Of a DNA stretch of 64,000 nucleotides, positions 27,810 to 42,951 are shown in pieces. Both the position numbers and the translations under genes were made by a program. The stretch's first letter is position 1; each line of letters opens with the position of its first letter. The notes below the pieces were generated by a model, which made no database searches, was not told the DNA's origin, and saw nothing but the letters and a program-made list of their open reading frames with translations. The stretch is from Chrysomallon squamiferum (lineage: Eukaryota; Animalia; Mollusca): contig CM022666.1 of the NCBI GenBank assembly GCA_012295275.1, positions 6,944,001 to 7,008,000 of the forward strand, read 5' to 3'.

Positions 27810-28399
27810 AGAAAGATTAAAACAAGGTAGATAAATAGAGAAGCAGATACAGAAATTTTTTTGCAAAACAGGACAATGGACATAAAGGCAGAAAGTTAAT
27901 TAATTCAGAATCATTTCGGTCATACGATTCTAAAAATATCTGTATCATAACGTGAAATATCAGAAAAGTAACAAAAAAAAAAAAAAAAATATTAAAAAAA
28001 AAAAAAAAAAAAAAAAAATTAAATTGAAAATAGATAAAGAGGTATTAAAATTTCTGGAATTCTTTCTCCTTCCTCTCTCTCGTGGTGGTCAAACATCAGG
28101 CACCTCTCAGGAAGTGCAGTATAATGGGATATTAAGGAGGCAGTGAGCTTTATGCCACTTGCCACGAGGAACGGCAAATTAGCCTCATCAAATGAAATTC
28201 ATCCGAGATGCTATCTGGGGCTCGCTTGACACTATCTGAGTCGGTTTCCATCTTATCTCAACACTCTCTCCTACAGGTAAAGGTACAGTCTGTCTGTTTG
28301 TCTGTTTGTCTGTCTGACAGTCTGAAGTTTTACTAACTCAGGAAGGTAAACTTTGTGAAGGTTCAAGTTTTTAAGAGTGTATGCTTACCAAGCAGCGAT

Positions 28400-28954
28400 T
28401 TCATTGCTTTGTGTTATTTTCCAAAGTATTAAAATAATATGAAGAAAAAAAGAAAGATGTTTTAGACAACATACTCAATAATCATTGATTTCATCATTTT
28501 ATGTTATATTACAAAACATTAAAATAATATCAAGGTTTGAGTTTTTCAGAAAGTACTGAAAGCACTGCTTTACATTATATTCCAAAATATATAATAATAA
28601 TATGAAGGTTTGAGTTTTAGAAAATATTCACATGAAATAAAATTCCAAATAATTGTAATAATATGAAGGTTGAAGTTTTGGAGAATGGTTTTAGCACAGT
28701 CAGTGGTTTAATAAAGTATCCTTTCAGTGCATGCTTCATGCTGTGTGACGATTTTACTGCCTTGAATTATAATAATATGAAGATGAAAATTTTATAGAAT
28801 ATCTTCACCATGGTCATTGGTTTAATAAAGTGTTTTTTAAAAATCATTTTACTGTATGCATCATGCTATGTGACGATTTAAATAATGTTTTAAATTCCAA
28901 ACTGTTAAAATAATGTGAAGAAAATGTAGTTTTGGAGGTTTAAATTTTATTATT

Positions 28955-28987
<33 letters not shown>

Positions 28988-29127
28988 GACAAGTTTTAGA
29001 AAATGGTTTAATGGTTATGGGGAGGGGTAATGTTGAATTTTGACATTATTTTTTTTTTTTTTGTTTTTCATTGCAAATTTTTGTTAATATATTCAAAACA
29101 GATGGTGCTCTTTGGCTTCATGGAGTT

Positions 29128-29165
<38 letters not shown>

Positions 29166-30660
29166 TGTTACTAACTGGAGTATCTAGTAACATTATTTTT
29201 AGCTGAATAATGATGACCTGTTGGTGTTGTATTATATTCCAGAGTATTATAGCAAGTGAGTGTGCCTGTTTCTGAAAATAGAACTGCAAGTTAGTGCTCA
29301 CTGGTTTAATAGATTATTATTTTTTTTTTTTTATTTTTTTTTTTATCAGTGTCAGTAACACTGGAAATGAAGTAATGTAATAGTGTTACAGCCATATTTA
29401 TCTTGCTAAATGATCACCTGACAGCCTTCTTTCAAATTTCATACTGTTACAGTAATCTGGTGTGCAAGATGTCTTTGCTTTAATGGTGGTAGTATGTTTT
29501 ATTTTGCATTTGTAATACAATCAAACAGCATTACAAAATATTTATCTTGCTAAAATGATGACACTGAATACCTTGTTTTAAATTCCAGATAATAACATAA
29601 ATGTTTAAAATATTCAGAAAAAAAAAAAAAAATAATAATAATTCACTTCAGCTGGTGGATTTGGATTCATTTGAGCATGTTGCTAGTCTACAAGTATCTT
29701 CTAATACAATCAAAAAGTTACAACTGTGTTTGTCTTGCTAAATGATGACCTTACTGTCCTGACTTCAGTTTCATGGTGTTACGGTAATGTGGGAATGCAA
29801 GGTTTGTTTTAGAAAATAAAATCATCGCAGTTGGCAGGCTTGCTTTGGTTTGGTGGAGTATATTTCATCATGTTGCTATCTACAACTGTCTTTTAATATA
29901 AACAGTTTTATTTTGGTAAATGATGCACATTTTAAATGTTTAAGTATTATAACATAAATATGTAAGTTTTAGAAAATAATTCACAGCAAACAGTGCTTAT
30001 GGATTTAACAGAATGTGTTTTTTATTATGATAAGTATCTTGTAGAATAATCCAACAGTCACAACCATATTTGTATTTAATAAATGTTAACAGACTGACTA
30101 TCTCTTGCTAAATTTCAAAGTATTACAATAATATTATTCTTAAGATGGTATGAAATGCTTTAAAGATAAAAGAAAATTTGGTTGTTGTTTGTTGCTTTAA
30201 CAGAAAACATTTTATCACATTACAAACACAAATACTATACTATGAGATGAACTCACATTTTTTAGGATTAGTAATAAAATGTTAAAGTTCAGACTTCTTT
30301 CACTGGTTCTGAAAATACATGGACAACAGTTTCCTGTGGTTACTTCAGCAGAAAGCATTTTATCACATTACAAACACAATTACTGTAAAGAACAATAACA
30401 TCACAATTGTACCATGCTTATGGGGTAATAACAGAATGTGATTTTCAAATCTATTTCAAGGGTTCTTAAATTATAATTGATATTACAAGAATGTTTGTTA
30501 TTGTTACTTAAACAGAAAACATTTTATCATGCTATAAAAACAATTACCATTCAAAACAATAACATCACAATTCTACCATACTGAACAGTACTAACAGAAC
30601 GTTGAGGTTCAGATTTACTTCAAGTGCTTAGAAATTTTCACTGACAACAGAAGAATATTT
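28400..30660. repeat. Ancient, highly degenerate satellite-like array
   Basis: Recurrent modules TTCCAAA...AATAATATGAAGGTT...TTTTAGAAAAT, ATTTATCTTGCTAAATGATGA and AGAAAACATTTTATCAC. Confidence 0.5.
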
Positions 30661-31679
30661 CTGTTAGTGACTGTCATCGTATTATTAATCACATTTATTT
30701 GTGTGAAGATGGATCACTAATTTTCATCTTGAAGGGTTGGTATAAGAATCCAAGAGAGCATATTTGTTCCACTAGTCCTGAAAGTGTATGCAAAACAGTG
30801 TGTGAGTTGTATTTCACTAATGTTCTGGCAAACCTCACTACAATAAAGGGATGGTACACATTTATTTATCTCCTGAGTATATTTAGTGACCGACATTGTG
30901 GTCAGAACTGTGATAGCGAGAGAGAGAGAATGTTAATTGTTCTTAATCTCTTTGGTACTTTTTCCCACTGCTACAGTGGTCATGATTCAGATGTCTTCTC
31001 AATCTTCAGTGACCACATTTACAAGTAACAGCATATTCAATTAAAGCAAAAACTGGACATTTTTCATGTCAAGCATTTATCAGTACAGTTCATGAGTGTC
31101 GTCTGCTTTTGTCACAGTTAAATATTGTTAGCCTTGGCAAAATTATTATTATTATTATTTATTATTATTTTTTTTTTTACCCTTCTTGGCGATAAATGTT
31201 AATTGGATCCACAAATTACACGCTGACAGTGAAAGAAAACTTAGGTTAATGCTTGTTGTTTCATTAAAGCGTATTACCAGCTTAGTGCACTGTTTGAATG
31301 GGTAACTCAATAACCCGTCATACTGAAAGTTGCAAACAGTTAAATCACTGTTAATTCCTTTCTTTTCAATATCTGGTTAGTCTGAGCTTGGGTCCAGCAT
31401 GGAAACGCAGCAGGTTCTCATTCTGCTAAATATTTGATCAGAACTATTATTTGCCAGTGATCTTTCTGAGTGTTAAGTAGATAAATTAATTCTCAACAAG
31501 TTAAATAATAATACACATGTGTTTCATTGCACAGTATGAGAGTGTAAGTATATAAATTTTCAAATTAACTGTAAGTCCAGAGTTGTTTCTGAAACCGTAA
31601 GGTCTGTGTCTTTTGTATGTAAGTGCCTGTAACTATTACAGAATCATTAAAATGACTGACAGTACTTTCTACAATAGCA

Positions 31680-31717
<38 letters not shown>

Positions 31718-32180
31718 TGTAATATATAAATAAATTTTTCAGTTTAACTTTAAGACTGCAAAAAAGAATAAAAAAATAAAAAAAAATAAAAAAAATAAAA
31801 AACTTTCTTAAATAGTGTAATATTTACACTTGAATATGTATGTTAGTGTGATAAATGTATGAATTAAATTAAGATGACCAAAGAACTTTATCATACACAA
31901 CAATATTTGTATTCATTTCTCTGTGCATATATCAATAAATAAATCGATCTATTCAAGACAACCAAATATCCTTTCTTCTCTTTGTAAAAAAATAACAACA
32001 AACTATCTATCTATCTACATGTGTGTGTATATATGTATGTATCTATCTATCTATACATGTCCATACTTCCATGAGTATGTATGAATACGAGAGAATGTGA
32101 AATATAAAATTCTGATTCCAGGCTACCTCTATAATATTAAACATCAGAACATCCATCTGGCATACCTACGTATGTATGTA

Positions 32181-32217
<37 letters not shown>

Positions 32218-32294
32218 CATTTGTGCCATAAACTACTGAGTTTGTCTGAGTGATAATGAAAATGCCAGCCTTCAATTAAAGATTTTCTCATTTC

Positions 32295-32515
32295 TCCAGT
32301 GTTTTACGACTGGGAGACATTTGATTGCGGCCAAATCGCCAGTCCCAGGGAGGCAGTAATCTGGCACAGCATCGGCCACTATCGGACAGGAAGCCGTTAA
32401 AACTGACAAACACGACCACAACAACACCTGTGTCCGCAGCTCTGTCGTCTGCACAGCTTCAACAACGGCACACACCCGAGCAACAGCCTGCGTTGTTAGT
32501 TCTTCTTCAACCTTT
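32295..32515. promoter_or_regulatory. Isolated CpG-rich island (candidate enhancer or minus-strand promoter)
   Basis: About a dozen CpGs in ~200 bp; no convincing ORF; minus-strand TCAGTT (Inr-like) at 32406-32401. Confidence 0.35.
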
Positions 32516-34490
32516 ATCTCATCATCAACCTTTCTTCTTTTCTTTTTCTTTTTTTTCAACATGAAGATGAATGAAGATGATGATGATGATGATGGTGATG
32601 GTGATAATGAATATGATTATGCTGATAATGTAAATGATAATGATGATGATGATGATGATGATAGTGATAATGATGATAAAATTGTTAATGTAATAATTTA
32701 GATGTCTGGCTGATAAGATGATGGTAATGTGAAGAAAAAAACAAAGAAAAGAAAAGTAACCAGTTTCCATACAAGATACAGAGAAGTATACACATAGCTG
32801 TTAAATACAATTTAGTCACAATTTTCTTTTTAATTTATTATTTCATCATCATCATCATCATCATCATCATTATTATTATTATTTATTTCATCATCAACAT
32901 CATTTTACTTTATTTTTTTAATTTTGCCACACTTTATATTTTTATTTTACATTTTTCATTTAGATTCTGGGGTGATTTTTTTCCTTTAGGAGAATCATAA
33001 CTATCTGTTTAATAACTGATAATTTCAAATTTTGCTCATTAACAAGCATTTGTAAATTAATAAGTTTTTCCACTATAATTACAAATAATCAAACAGTATA
33101 ATGTTATTATTTTTCTGTAACTAATAATAATTATTACTAATAATTGAACACTATTATTATTACTGTTTGTTTTGCAACTACTAATAACTAAATACTAATT
33201 TGTACCATCGTTACTAATAATTATTACTGTTTGCTCTACAACTACTAACAACTAACTAAATAACAATAACCATTACTAACAATAATTTGCACCATCATTA
33301 CTAATAACTGAACATCATTTTATTATTACTGTTTGTTTTACCACTACTAATAACAACTAAACAGTGATTCTGACGTATCATTACCAATAATTTACGTGAA
33401 GCTTAAATCAGGTTTTAGCCAGTCAGAGTTAATTCATGCACTGTCAGCGAACGAAATCATAACCAGATCCACAGAGCTCAACAAGAGTTTTGCTCAGAGA
33501 CTGGCACAAGAAAAGTTAACAGGATTCTTAAGACAGACCTGTCCTTGCACACCAGCCTGGCAATTGCGTTGTAATTCCACATTAATCTCCAGCAATTACA
33601 GACAAAAGCCTTGTCCACATAAATAACAGCAGTTCCATTTTCCTCGCGAGCATTTATGATGCAGTGAAAAAGCAGCAGCTTTTTTAATGTTTTCAGAATG
33701 CTGAAGATTGAGATGAGGAAGAAGAAGAAGAAGAAGAAGAAGAAGGAGGAGGAAATGGACAATGAAGAAGAATAAACTGGACAGTGAAGATGAGAAGAAG
33801 AAGAAGAAGAAGAAGAAATTGGACAAAGAAGAAAAAAAACTGGACATTTTAAAAGAATAAAATTAGATAGTAAAGAAAAAAAAAGAACAATAAAGGAAAA
33901 CTGAACAATTAAGAAGAAATTGAAACAGTGAAGAAAAAGAAAATGAACAATTAAGAAGAAACTGGACAATGAAGAAAAAGAAATTGTACAATAAAGAAAA
34001 AGAAACTGAAAAATTAAGAAGAAACTGGAAAGTGAAAGAAAAGAAGACAATAAATAAGAGAAAAAAAAACAGAACAATGAAAAAGCAGTTTGCTACTGAG
34101 ATGAAAACAAGACATTAATGGCGGTGTTACTGCTGGTGTTAATTCCTGTAAGAGTCTGTGACAGAGAGATGTATGGATGGATGCTATGTAGAGATTACAC
34201 AAGTGAAATATTAGCTGGCTTGTTCATGTTACGAGGTCAATGCTTGATGCGCTGTTAGAGATTTTAGGAGTGAAAACAAGTGTTTGAAGAAAAATACTGA
34301 GAATAGTTGGTGAGATGAATGAATGAATGAATAAATAAATTAATATATGAATTAATACATATATAAATTAATGCATACAAAAAATGAATAACATTTATTA
34401 TAAATGAAATCATAAATGAATTAAATATATAAACTGATGGACAAATAATTAAATGAACAATTTAAAATATGAGTTGATTTTGATTTACAA

Positions 34491-34550
<60 letters not shown>

Positions 34551-36763
34551 CTGTCTGTGTGTGTATATATATATTAATAAACAGATGTGTGTATTTATGT
34601 CTTTATCAATATTTATTTAAAACATGCACAAAAGCCAACTAACACCTGTGTTTTTTTTGTAAATATTTCTATTTTTATCTGTATACATTTATACTTATAT
34701 ATTTTGGTTTCATAAGGTAGTAAGAGAACCTTCAAAACAAGCAATTTTCTGGTAATGAAAATTGATTCATCATTTCTGACGAATAATTTCAAAGCCAGTG
34801 ACAATGTAATATTCAACGCTGTGTTCATACAAGCTGCTACTGGGAAAGAGTTATGAACAATAAATATCCTGAGGACCGAAATTTCATTTCATAAATGACA
34901 TTTGGATGAGAGGTGAAAATATAAAATGATGAATGAGCAATTTCGGTGAAGTAGCAATAACTTGAGGGGTCAAAAAAAGAATTAAAAAAAAGAGTTCAAA
35001 ATTGTCCATTATAGTATTTTGGTCTTTTAAATGTGACCCATTTTCAAAAACAAAATTAAAAAAAATTAAAATAAAAATAAAAATAGGTTGAGAGACTTTA
35101 TGCTTTTTTAGAATTATTATTATTACTACTATTACTTCTACTTGAACTACTGCTGCTAGAACTACTGTTACTACCACTGCTACTACTACTATCTTTACAA
35201 TTATTATTTTCATTTTTATTATTGTCACAACCATCATCATCATCATCATCATTATTATTATTTTTTTTTTTTTTATTAATCTTTTTTCTTTTCTTTTATC
35301 TTCCCTATATATTTATTTTTTATTTCTTTCTTTATTTGTATTTTTATTTATTCAAGAAATTATAAAGCTGTCAAAATGAAGAAACTGAAAGCTTCGAATA
35401 TATGATCAATATTTTTGATAAAATATGACACTTTTGGCATTTTCAATGCACAAGCTTTCATTCTTTGCCATTTTTTATTTCAGATTTAATTTTATAAGCA
35501 GGAAGGTGAGAATAAAGTTACCAGTGAAGCTGATAACTGAAAATTAAGTAGGTGGAAATTTGATAAAAATAGCTGCATATATTCATCTAAAGTACATTTG
35601 TACTTTATGTGCCTTTCATACAAACTGGTCACATATGGTAATTTAAAAAAAAAAAAAAAAAAAAATGTAGAACTTCATTTTTTAAAAATATAAAAATTAT
35701 TATCATTTTCATATTATTAAATAAAAAAAAAATAAAACAAAAATTAGTAATAAAAATATGAAATAAAAAATAATAATGAATAAAATTCTGAAAAAAAAAA
35801 AGAGTTTAAATAACAAAAGGGACAAGAACATAGCTGATTTACTTCATTTGAAACAATAAAATAGAAGAAAAAAAACAACATATAAATAAAAAAAAAATAA
35901 AATAAAACAAAATAATTAAAAAAAAAAAAAAATAAAAAATAAATAAATAAAAAAATAAAAAAATAAATAATTAAAAAAAAAACAGAAGTAAATGACCAAA
36001 AAAAAAAATTAAAAAAAAAAAAAAATTAAATAAATAATAAATAAATTAAAAACAGAAGTACACGAAAGAAAATAACAGAAAAAAAAAAAAAAAAAAATAA
36101 AATCATCTATCATCATCATCATCATCAAATGGCAACTGATTACTGAACATCACATCAGCAGTTGTGGTGTGTAAAAAGTTCTCAACACAAGGTCACAGCT
36201 ATTAAAGATAAAAATATCTTTTTACCCAACATTAAACCAACAGGGACAGGGGGGAAAAAAACCCCACCCTACTGTTAACTTCAGCAATCGGAAACCACCA
36301 TATCAACAAGGAAGTCACTGTTGATGATGCTCATTAAATTAATCCTCAGCATTAAAAAAAAAAAGAGAGAAAAAACCTGCAGCAAATATTCTTTTAATTG
36401 TTTACAGACCCATCGTCAGGTTTATTTTAATTGTTCGGAGGTTTGCTCCGCACCTGCGACATTGTTGCTCTTTCTTTTTGTTGGTGTTTTTAAGATTTCG
36501 TTTTTTTAAACTCAGAATTCAGAATAAATATTTATCTAAGTGTGCCTGTCTTCATTTGTTTTCAGTTTTTTTTTTTTTTCTTACCTTCTTTTTTATTAAT
36601 CTTTTTTTTTTTCTTTTCCTTTATCTTATTTTTTGTACGTCCATCTGTCTTTTTCTTCTTTCTTGTTTTTCTGTCTTCACTGCTCTGTGGTTTTGTTTCG
36701 GTTATGTATCTTTCTGAAACTACATTATCTCCTTTTATCTCATTCTTCCTGCTTAAGTCTTTT

Positions 36764-36871
<108 letters not shown>

Positions 36872-37366
36872 ACACACTCTCTCTCTCACACACACAAACA
36901 CACATCACTCTTTCTTCAACTAAACTCTTCCCTTACTCGTTCCATTGCCTCCCTTTTCTTGTTTTTCATTATTAATTTTTCATTTTTGTTTTTTTTAAAA
37001 GTCTTCTCTCACTATTCCTCTATCCCCATACCACTTCTGAGGATCAAAAACACCCCCAAAAAAACAACAGCCCCCCCCTGCCCCTGATTCTTCATCTTCG
37101 GGTTAAAGTCAGTGAGAAATGAAATCAAGTTTCTGACGGGGAGGGGATCCTCTAGGGAGGGTGACAAAGTGGATTACAAAAAGAAACTGAGTTGAATAAC
37201 ATGCACAGTGACAGCTGATGTCTCCGAAGAGTTCATTCTCAGTTCTTTTGTTTACCAAATACTGAACAGTAATGTGCTAAAACACGCATTCTCATTTAAT
37301 TATACACCAGTATGCTTCACAGATAGATACTGACTACAGAATTAAAGTGTTTTAACCTTTATAATA

Positions 37367-37442
<76 letters not shown>

Positions 37443-38743
37443 TGCACACACATACAAATATAATTTTAAAAAGTTTTTAAAACTTAAAAATAAATAAATA
37501 AAAAATTCTAATAATTCTAATTTAATATTTAAAAGAAAATGTAGAAAAAAAAACATTTCAATGGCAAACTGAAAATTAAAAAACAAATTTAAAAAAATAA
37601 ATAATAATAAAAATTTAAATATTATTCTGCATGTAACTTTATATTTGTTTTACAACATACATAGATATGTATGCATGCATCACGCGCACACACACACAGA
37701 CATACACACTATACACAATACAAGAGGAATAACTCTGGATACTCTACGAGCAAGGTAAAAAAAAAAGAATTAAAGCAAAACGACACAACTTTCAAAATTA
37801 TATTTGTTATCTGATTTAAGTTTAGTATTTTCAGATAATTGACTGCATTATAAATAAATAACTAGAACATCAACACTCCTTTGTTTAACAGATTATCTTT
37901 AAATGATGAAAGAAATTTTAAAAATTCAAATAAATAAAAAAATAATTAATTTGAAAAAGAGATATAAAAAAATAAACTAAAAAAAAGAACAAAGAAAGTT
38001 TTTTTTTTTTTTTAGTTTAGATATATTAAAAAGAAAGAAAGAAATAACAAAACCCATGTAATAATTATCTGACAAAGTTTCTGTCTGTTCATAACCATTA
38101 CTCTTCCCATACAAACAATTTCAAACGTCATCCCCCACAAAGTATTAAAACAGAGTTGCTTCCCTTACACTATTAGCAGTAATGAGTGGGGTCTGTAAAA
38201 GCTTTTTGACTTCATGTCAGCATTTAACCCGAGTAATTACTGTTATTGTTCTCAGCATGCAAGTGGGTGAAGTATCCATTCTAGTGAGTGTTTACGAGAG
38301 ACTGGCTAATAAATAATTTAAGGATATTTGTGAGTGGGAGTGGGAGTGGGAGTAGAAGGGGGGGTTGGGATGGAACTGGAGGTTAAAGTGGGGGTAGAGA
38401 GCTATCTATCGCGAACTATTTATCTTTCACCACAGAAAAGATTATTTTTTTATTTTTTTTTTATTTTTTTCTTATTGTTATTGATACTGTTGCTGTATTT
38501 CTTATTATTTATTTTATTTTATTTTTGTTACTGTTTTCAATGTTTTTGATGACATTTGATAAATAGTTACAACAAAAAAACAATAAAAACCACCTAAATT
38601 TACTTTGGTTGCACTTGACAGTGGAAGTGTAATTCTTTAAAAAAATATATATCTAATTTTAAAATAAATAAATAAATAAATAAAGATAATAACAATCCAC
38701 AAAAACAGATCAGATACACTAAATATAAAAATATGATAAACAC

Positions 38744-38774
<31 letters not shown>

Positions 38775-39688
38775 ATAAAAACTCAGACTTTCATTAACCA
38801 CTATGTATCCACCATTTCTAAAAACAAAACGAAATCTCTGTGTTTTACTTGCAGGCTAAAATACAGGCTAATACCCATTTACACATTAATAACATTAGTG
38901 GTTGAGTGAAGAAAATTTTACCATTAAATAAACACAACAGAAAAACATCTAATGATGATGACAATAATGACAGCAGCAGCAGTAGCAACAACACCACCAT
39001 ACTAATAATAAAAATGGTAATAATAACAATAATGGTTAGATAAAAACAGAGAGAATGAAAGAGAAAGGTAGAGCAAGATTGATACAGAAAGAAATCACTT
39101 AAAAATTGTGAAATTAAAATAATCGACTTTATAACATCAGTGATTTCATTAAACCAGACAAAACTTCAATAAAGCAAAAAAATAAAAATAAAAAATAAAA
39201 ATAACAACAATAGCAATAATAATTATAAAAATAAAAATAAAAATAATAAAATAATAATAATAATAATAATAAAATTGAAAAATAAATATAATAATAAATA
39301 AAAAAAACAATGAATTTAAAACCAAAACCCTTTAAAAGCCACTGAACTAATTTTTTTTTCACAATTTATTCAAAAATAAATTCAACATTAGCAACATCAT
39401 ATACCAGCAAGCTGGAAAACAAACTGAATTGAAAATCTTTTTTTTTTTTTTTTCTCTTCCTTCCTTTTATTACATTTTTTAATTTAAATTTTTTTTTTTT
39501 TTTAATATTTCCCACTGGGACTCAGCTCTACAATATTATCATGGAAAAAAAAAACAGGTGGGAAATTAACACAATCAATAAAGCCATGTGCGACTGGTGG
39601 AATGTGCGAATGTAAGAAACAAAAGGTCACATGTCACATTTCATTGGTCTGTTTCTGCTCACTCCAGGTACAGATGAACCATTTTAAC

Positions 39689-40230
39689 TTTGTAAATATA
39701 CAAGAAATAATTATTTCTTAATAGTTGTAGGTGTTAAAATGATCATGTTGTAAATAAAGAATAAATAATTATTTCATAATAGTTGTAGATGTTAAAGTGA
39801 TCATGTTTGTAAATACACAAGAAATAATTAGTTCATAATAGTTGTAGGTGTTAAAGTGATCACGTTTGTAAATATACAAGAAATAATTAGTTCATAATAG
39901 TTGTAGGTGTTAAAGTGATCACGTTTGTAAATATACAAGAAATAATTAGTTCATAATAGTTATAGGTGTTAAAGTGATCACGTTTGTAAATACACAAGAA
40001 ATAATTAGTTCATAATAGTTGTAGGTGTTAAAGTGATCACGTTTGTAAATACACAAGAAATAATTATTTCTTAACAGTTGTAGGTGATCACGTTTGTAAA
40101 TATACAAGAAATAATAGTTGTTGGTGTTAAAGTGATCACGTTTGAAAATACACAAGAAATAATTATTTCATAATATTTTTAGGTGTTTGCATTTGTAAAT
40201 ATACAACGATCAATTATTTCATAATAGTTG
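39689..40230. repeat. 59-bp minisatellite, ~9 copies
   Basis: Unit TTTGTAAATAYACAAGAAATAATTAGTTCATAATAGTTGTAGGTGTTAAAGTGATCACG; central copies near-identical, flanking copies diverged. Confidence 0.95.
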
Positions 40231-41401
40231 AAGGCATCAAACTCTTTATGTCTGTAATTACATGAGGACTGACTTGTTTAATGATATTTGTAGGTGTTTA
40301 TGTTTGTACATATACAAGGATTAACTGTATATAACACAGGTGTGTGTCTCAGATTTTATTCATTCTCAAATACAGGTATCTTCAATTAAAAATGAACATA
40401 TCAGTTATTTTTGAGTACATTCACACCAAAAAGGGTATTTTTAATTATTAGGCCTCAACAGAAAGATGCTTTCTGAAAAAAACCTTTCATTTTTTGTCAA
40501 ATAATCCATTTAAAATTATTTAAAATAATAACAATTAGATTTAATAATAATGATGGTGATGTTTGTTATGATGAAGATGATGATGATGATGATGATGATG
40601 ATGAATAAAAAAACAGCTCTAAGCTTACAAAGAGTTAACATGCACTTTATATGAATTTATCAGAAATGATTGCTAGATTCATTTTTTTTTTGTTTCCATA
40701 AATTCTTTTAATCAGTTCATTCAAACAAAACGGAATGCAAACTTTTCATCAACATGACTTGAAAGTGCTCTCCCCAGAAAAAAACACAACAACAACAAAA
40801 AAATACATCATATTTACATAACTAGTCAATTTTGAAACCATTATCTTCCTCAGATGACAGAAGTCTTCTTCAAGTTGCTGCTTACACAAACCTCACTACC
40901 AATTCCTTCATGTCTTGTTTTTGCATCATTTCATGTGATGATATGTTTTTCGTTCAATTTTATTTCTTTTTCAGTGTGTGGTTGTTGTTTTTTTGTGTGA
41001 GTGTGTGTGTGTGTGTGTGTGTCATCTTTGTCTTTGTTCTAGTAAGGAAAATCACTTTGAAGATACTGAACAGTTAATGTTTATCTCTGTTTATTTTTCG
41101 TGACCTTTCAGTTTCATGTAATAACCGGAATTTTTTTTTTGGTTATGATTAAATGTGTCAGTGTTGAGATGAAAGAAATAAAAATAAAATTAACTTTTCA
41201 GAAGTGTTTGCAGTGTAAGAGTTTATCTTGACCTTGTTGCTGCTTTTATATACACACAGATATACTTATCTGTCACTCTTCTTTTTTTTCTCTTCATCAT
41301 TCTGTCATTTCTTTTTCTCTTTCCATCTGTCTCTCTCTTACTTGCAAGTTCATACATTTTATTCTCTATAACTGTTACTCTTTCTCACTGTCCTTTTGTC
41401 C

Positions 41402-41516
<115 letters not shown>

Positions 41517-42198
41517 TCACTCTCTCTCTCTCTCAAAACTAAAGACACAAGTCCCAGATATCTGTCAGTTTACCTTTTTTTTCTTCATATTTTCTATACT
41601 TATATATATCCATACAAAATCTACATTTATATAATTATAGGAAAAGGAAAAAAAAAAAATCAAAACAAAACAGCATATAGTCTCACTGAATCCATAAACT
41701 CATGAACCTAACAGAGCTGAAAATGGCTTTAATTAAAACATAGAATTTAACTAAAATTCTCTTTTCAGGTTAGGGAAACTGGTACGAGATTCCTTGAATA
41801 TCTGAGAAACGTTTAAATAAGAGGGCTTCTTTCTTTCAGCTTTTCGCTATTAACAGACTGTCTTCCAAAAGATTGTGCTTTCTACTGATATTAAATAAAC
41901 GTCCAGTTCACATCGGGTTTAATCTGACTCATGACATAAGTCTCGTTCATCATGTTTATGACCAGTAAAAACTCATATACTATTTACTCAGAGTGATTCA
42001 CCCAACAAGGAGAGGTCAGTGGAACTTCACAAATGGAATACTGATGAGACAGAGATACATGTGTTTTTTAATTCACTGAAAATTCTAATTATTAATCATT
42101 TCAGGGCTGCAGGATCAATTCTTGTTGAATCATGGGAATTTTTTTTCCCTCCCAACTTTAAAAGAGAGTAACTTGAACATCAGTTACCCATCCAAGTT

Positions 42199-42264
<66 letters not shown>

Positions 42265-42919
42265 CTCCCTCCCTCCCTCCCTCTCTCTCCACACACATAT
42301 AAATTTCTCTCTCTGAATCAATTTCTGCCTATCTAAATCAAAATTAAATAGCATAAAGTAATAATAATAAAATACAATTAAAATAAAATAAAATAAAATA
42401 AAATAAAATAAAATAAAACAATCAAAATAAATAAATAAACTAAATAAAGAAACAATAACAAAACTGAATCTCCAACGACCTCGGAAGTCGTCCCGAACTG
42501 AAAGACAACAAGAAGTAGAAGAACTGTACATTCAGCTAAATTCCTCGATTACATGTCCTGTCAGACACACACATTCTCCCTATCCCCTCAAAACATTCTC
42601 TACATCATCACCCCTGTCAAACAACATCAGCATCAAGAAAACGGCCGCTGATTTCAGCTCAGTGTAATGAAGCGAAAAATTATTTCCTTCAGCTTTCAAA
42701 ATCTTCACAACAAGCAATCATGATAACATGCGAATCAATATGGCCCCCATAGTCCAGGGAGGAGTTTTTATTTTTTTTATTTTTTTTATTTTATTTTATT
42801 TTTTTTGAATTATTGCATGTTAAACCATCTTTGAATGATTGTACAGGTTAATGGTGCAAATTTGTCCTGTTTGAGAAATCTGTCAAAATGATAAAGTATA
42901 ACTTGTTATTTTAAATGCG

Positions 42920-42951
<32 letters not shown>

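Noticed and set aside
32308-32347. Small hairpin GACTGG...ATTTG...CAAAT...CCAGTC as a pre-miRNA
   Set aside because: Stem too short and interrupted; no seed match to a miRNA family I recognise.
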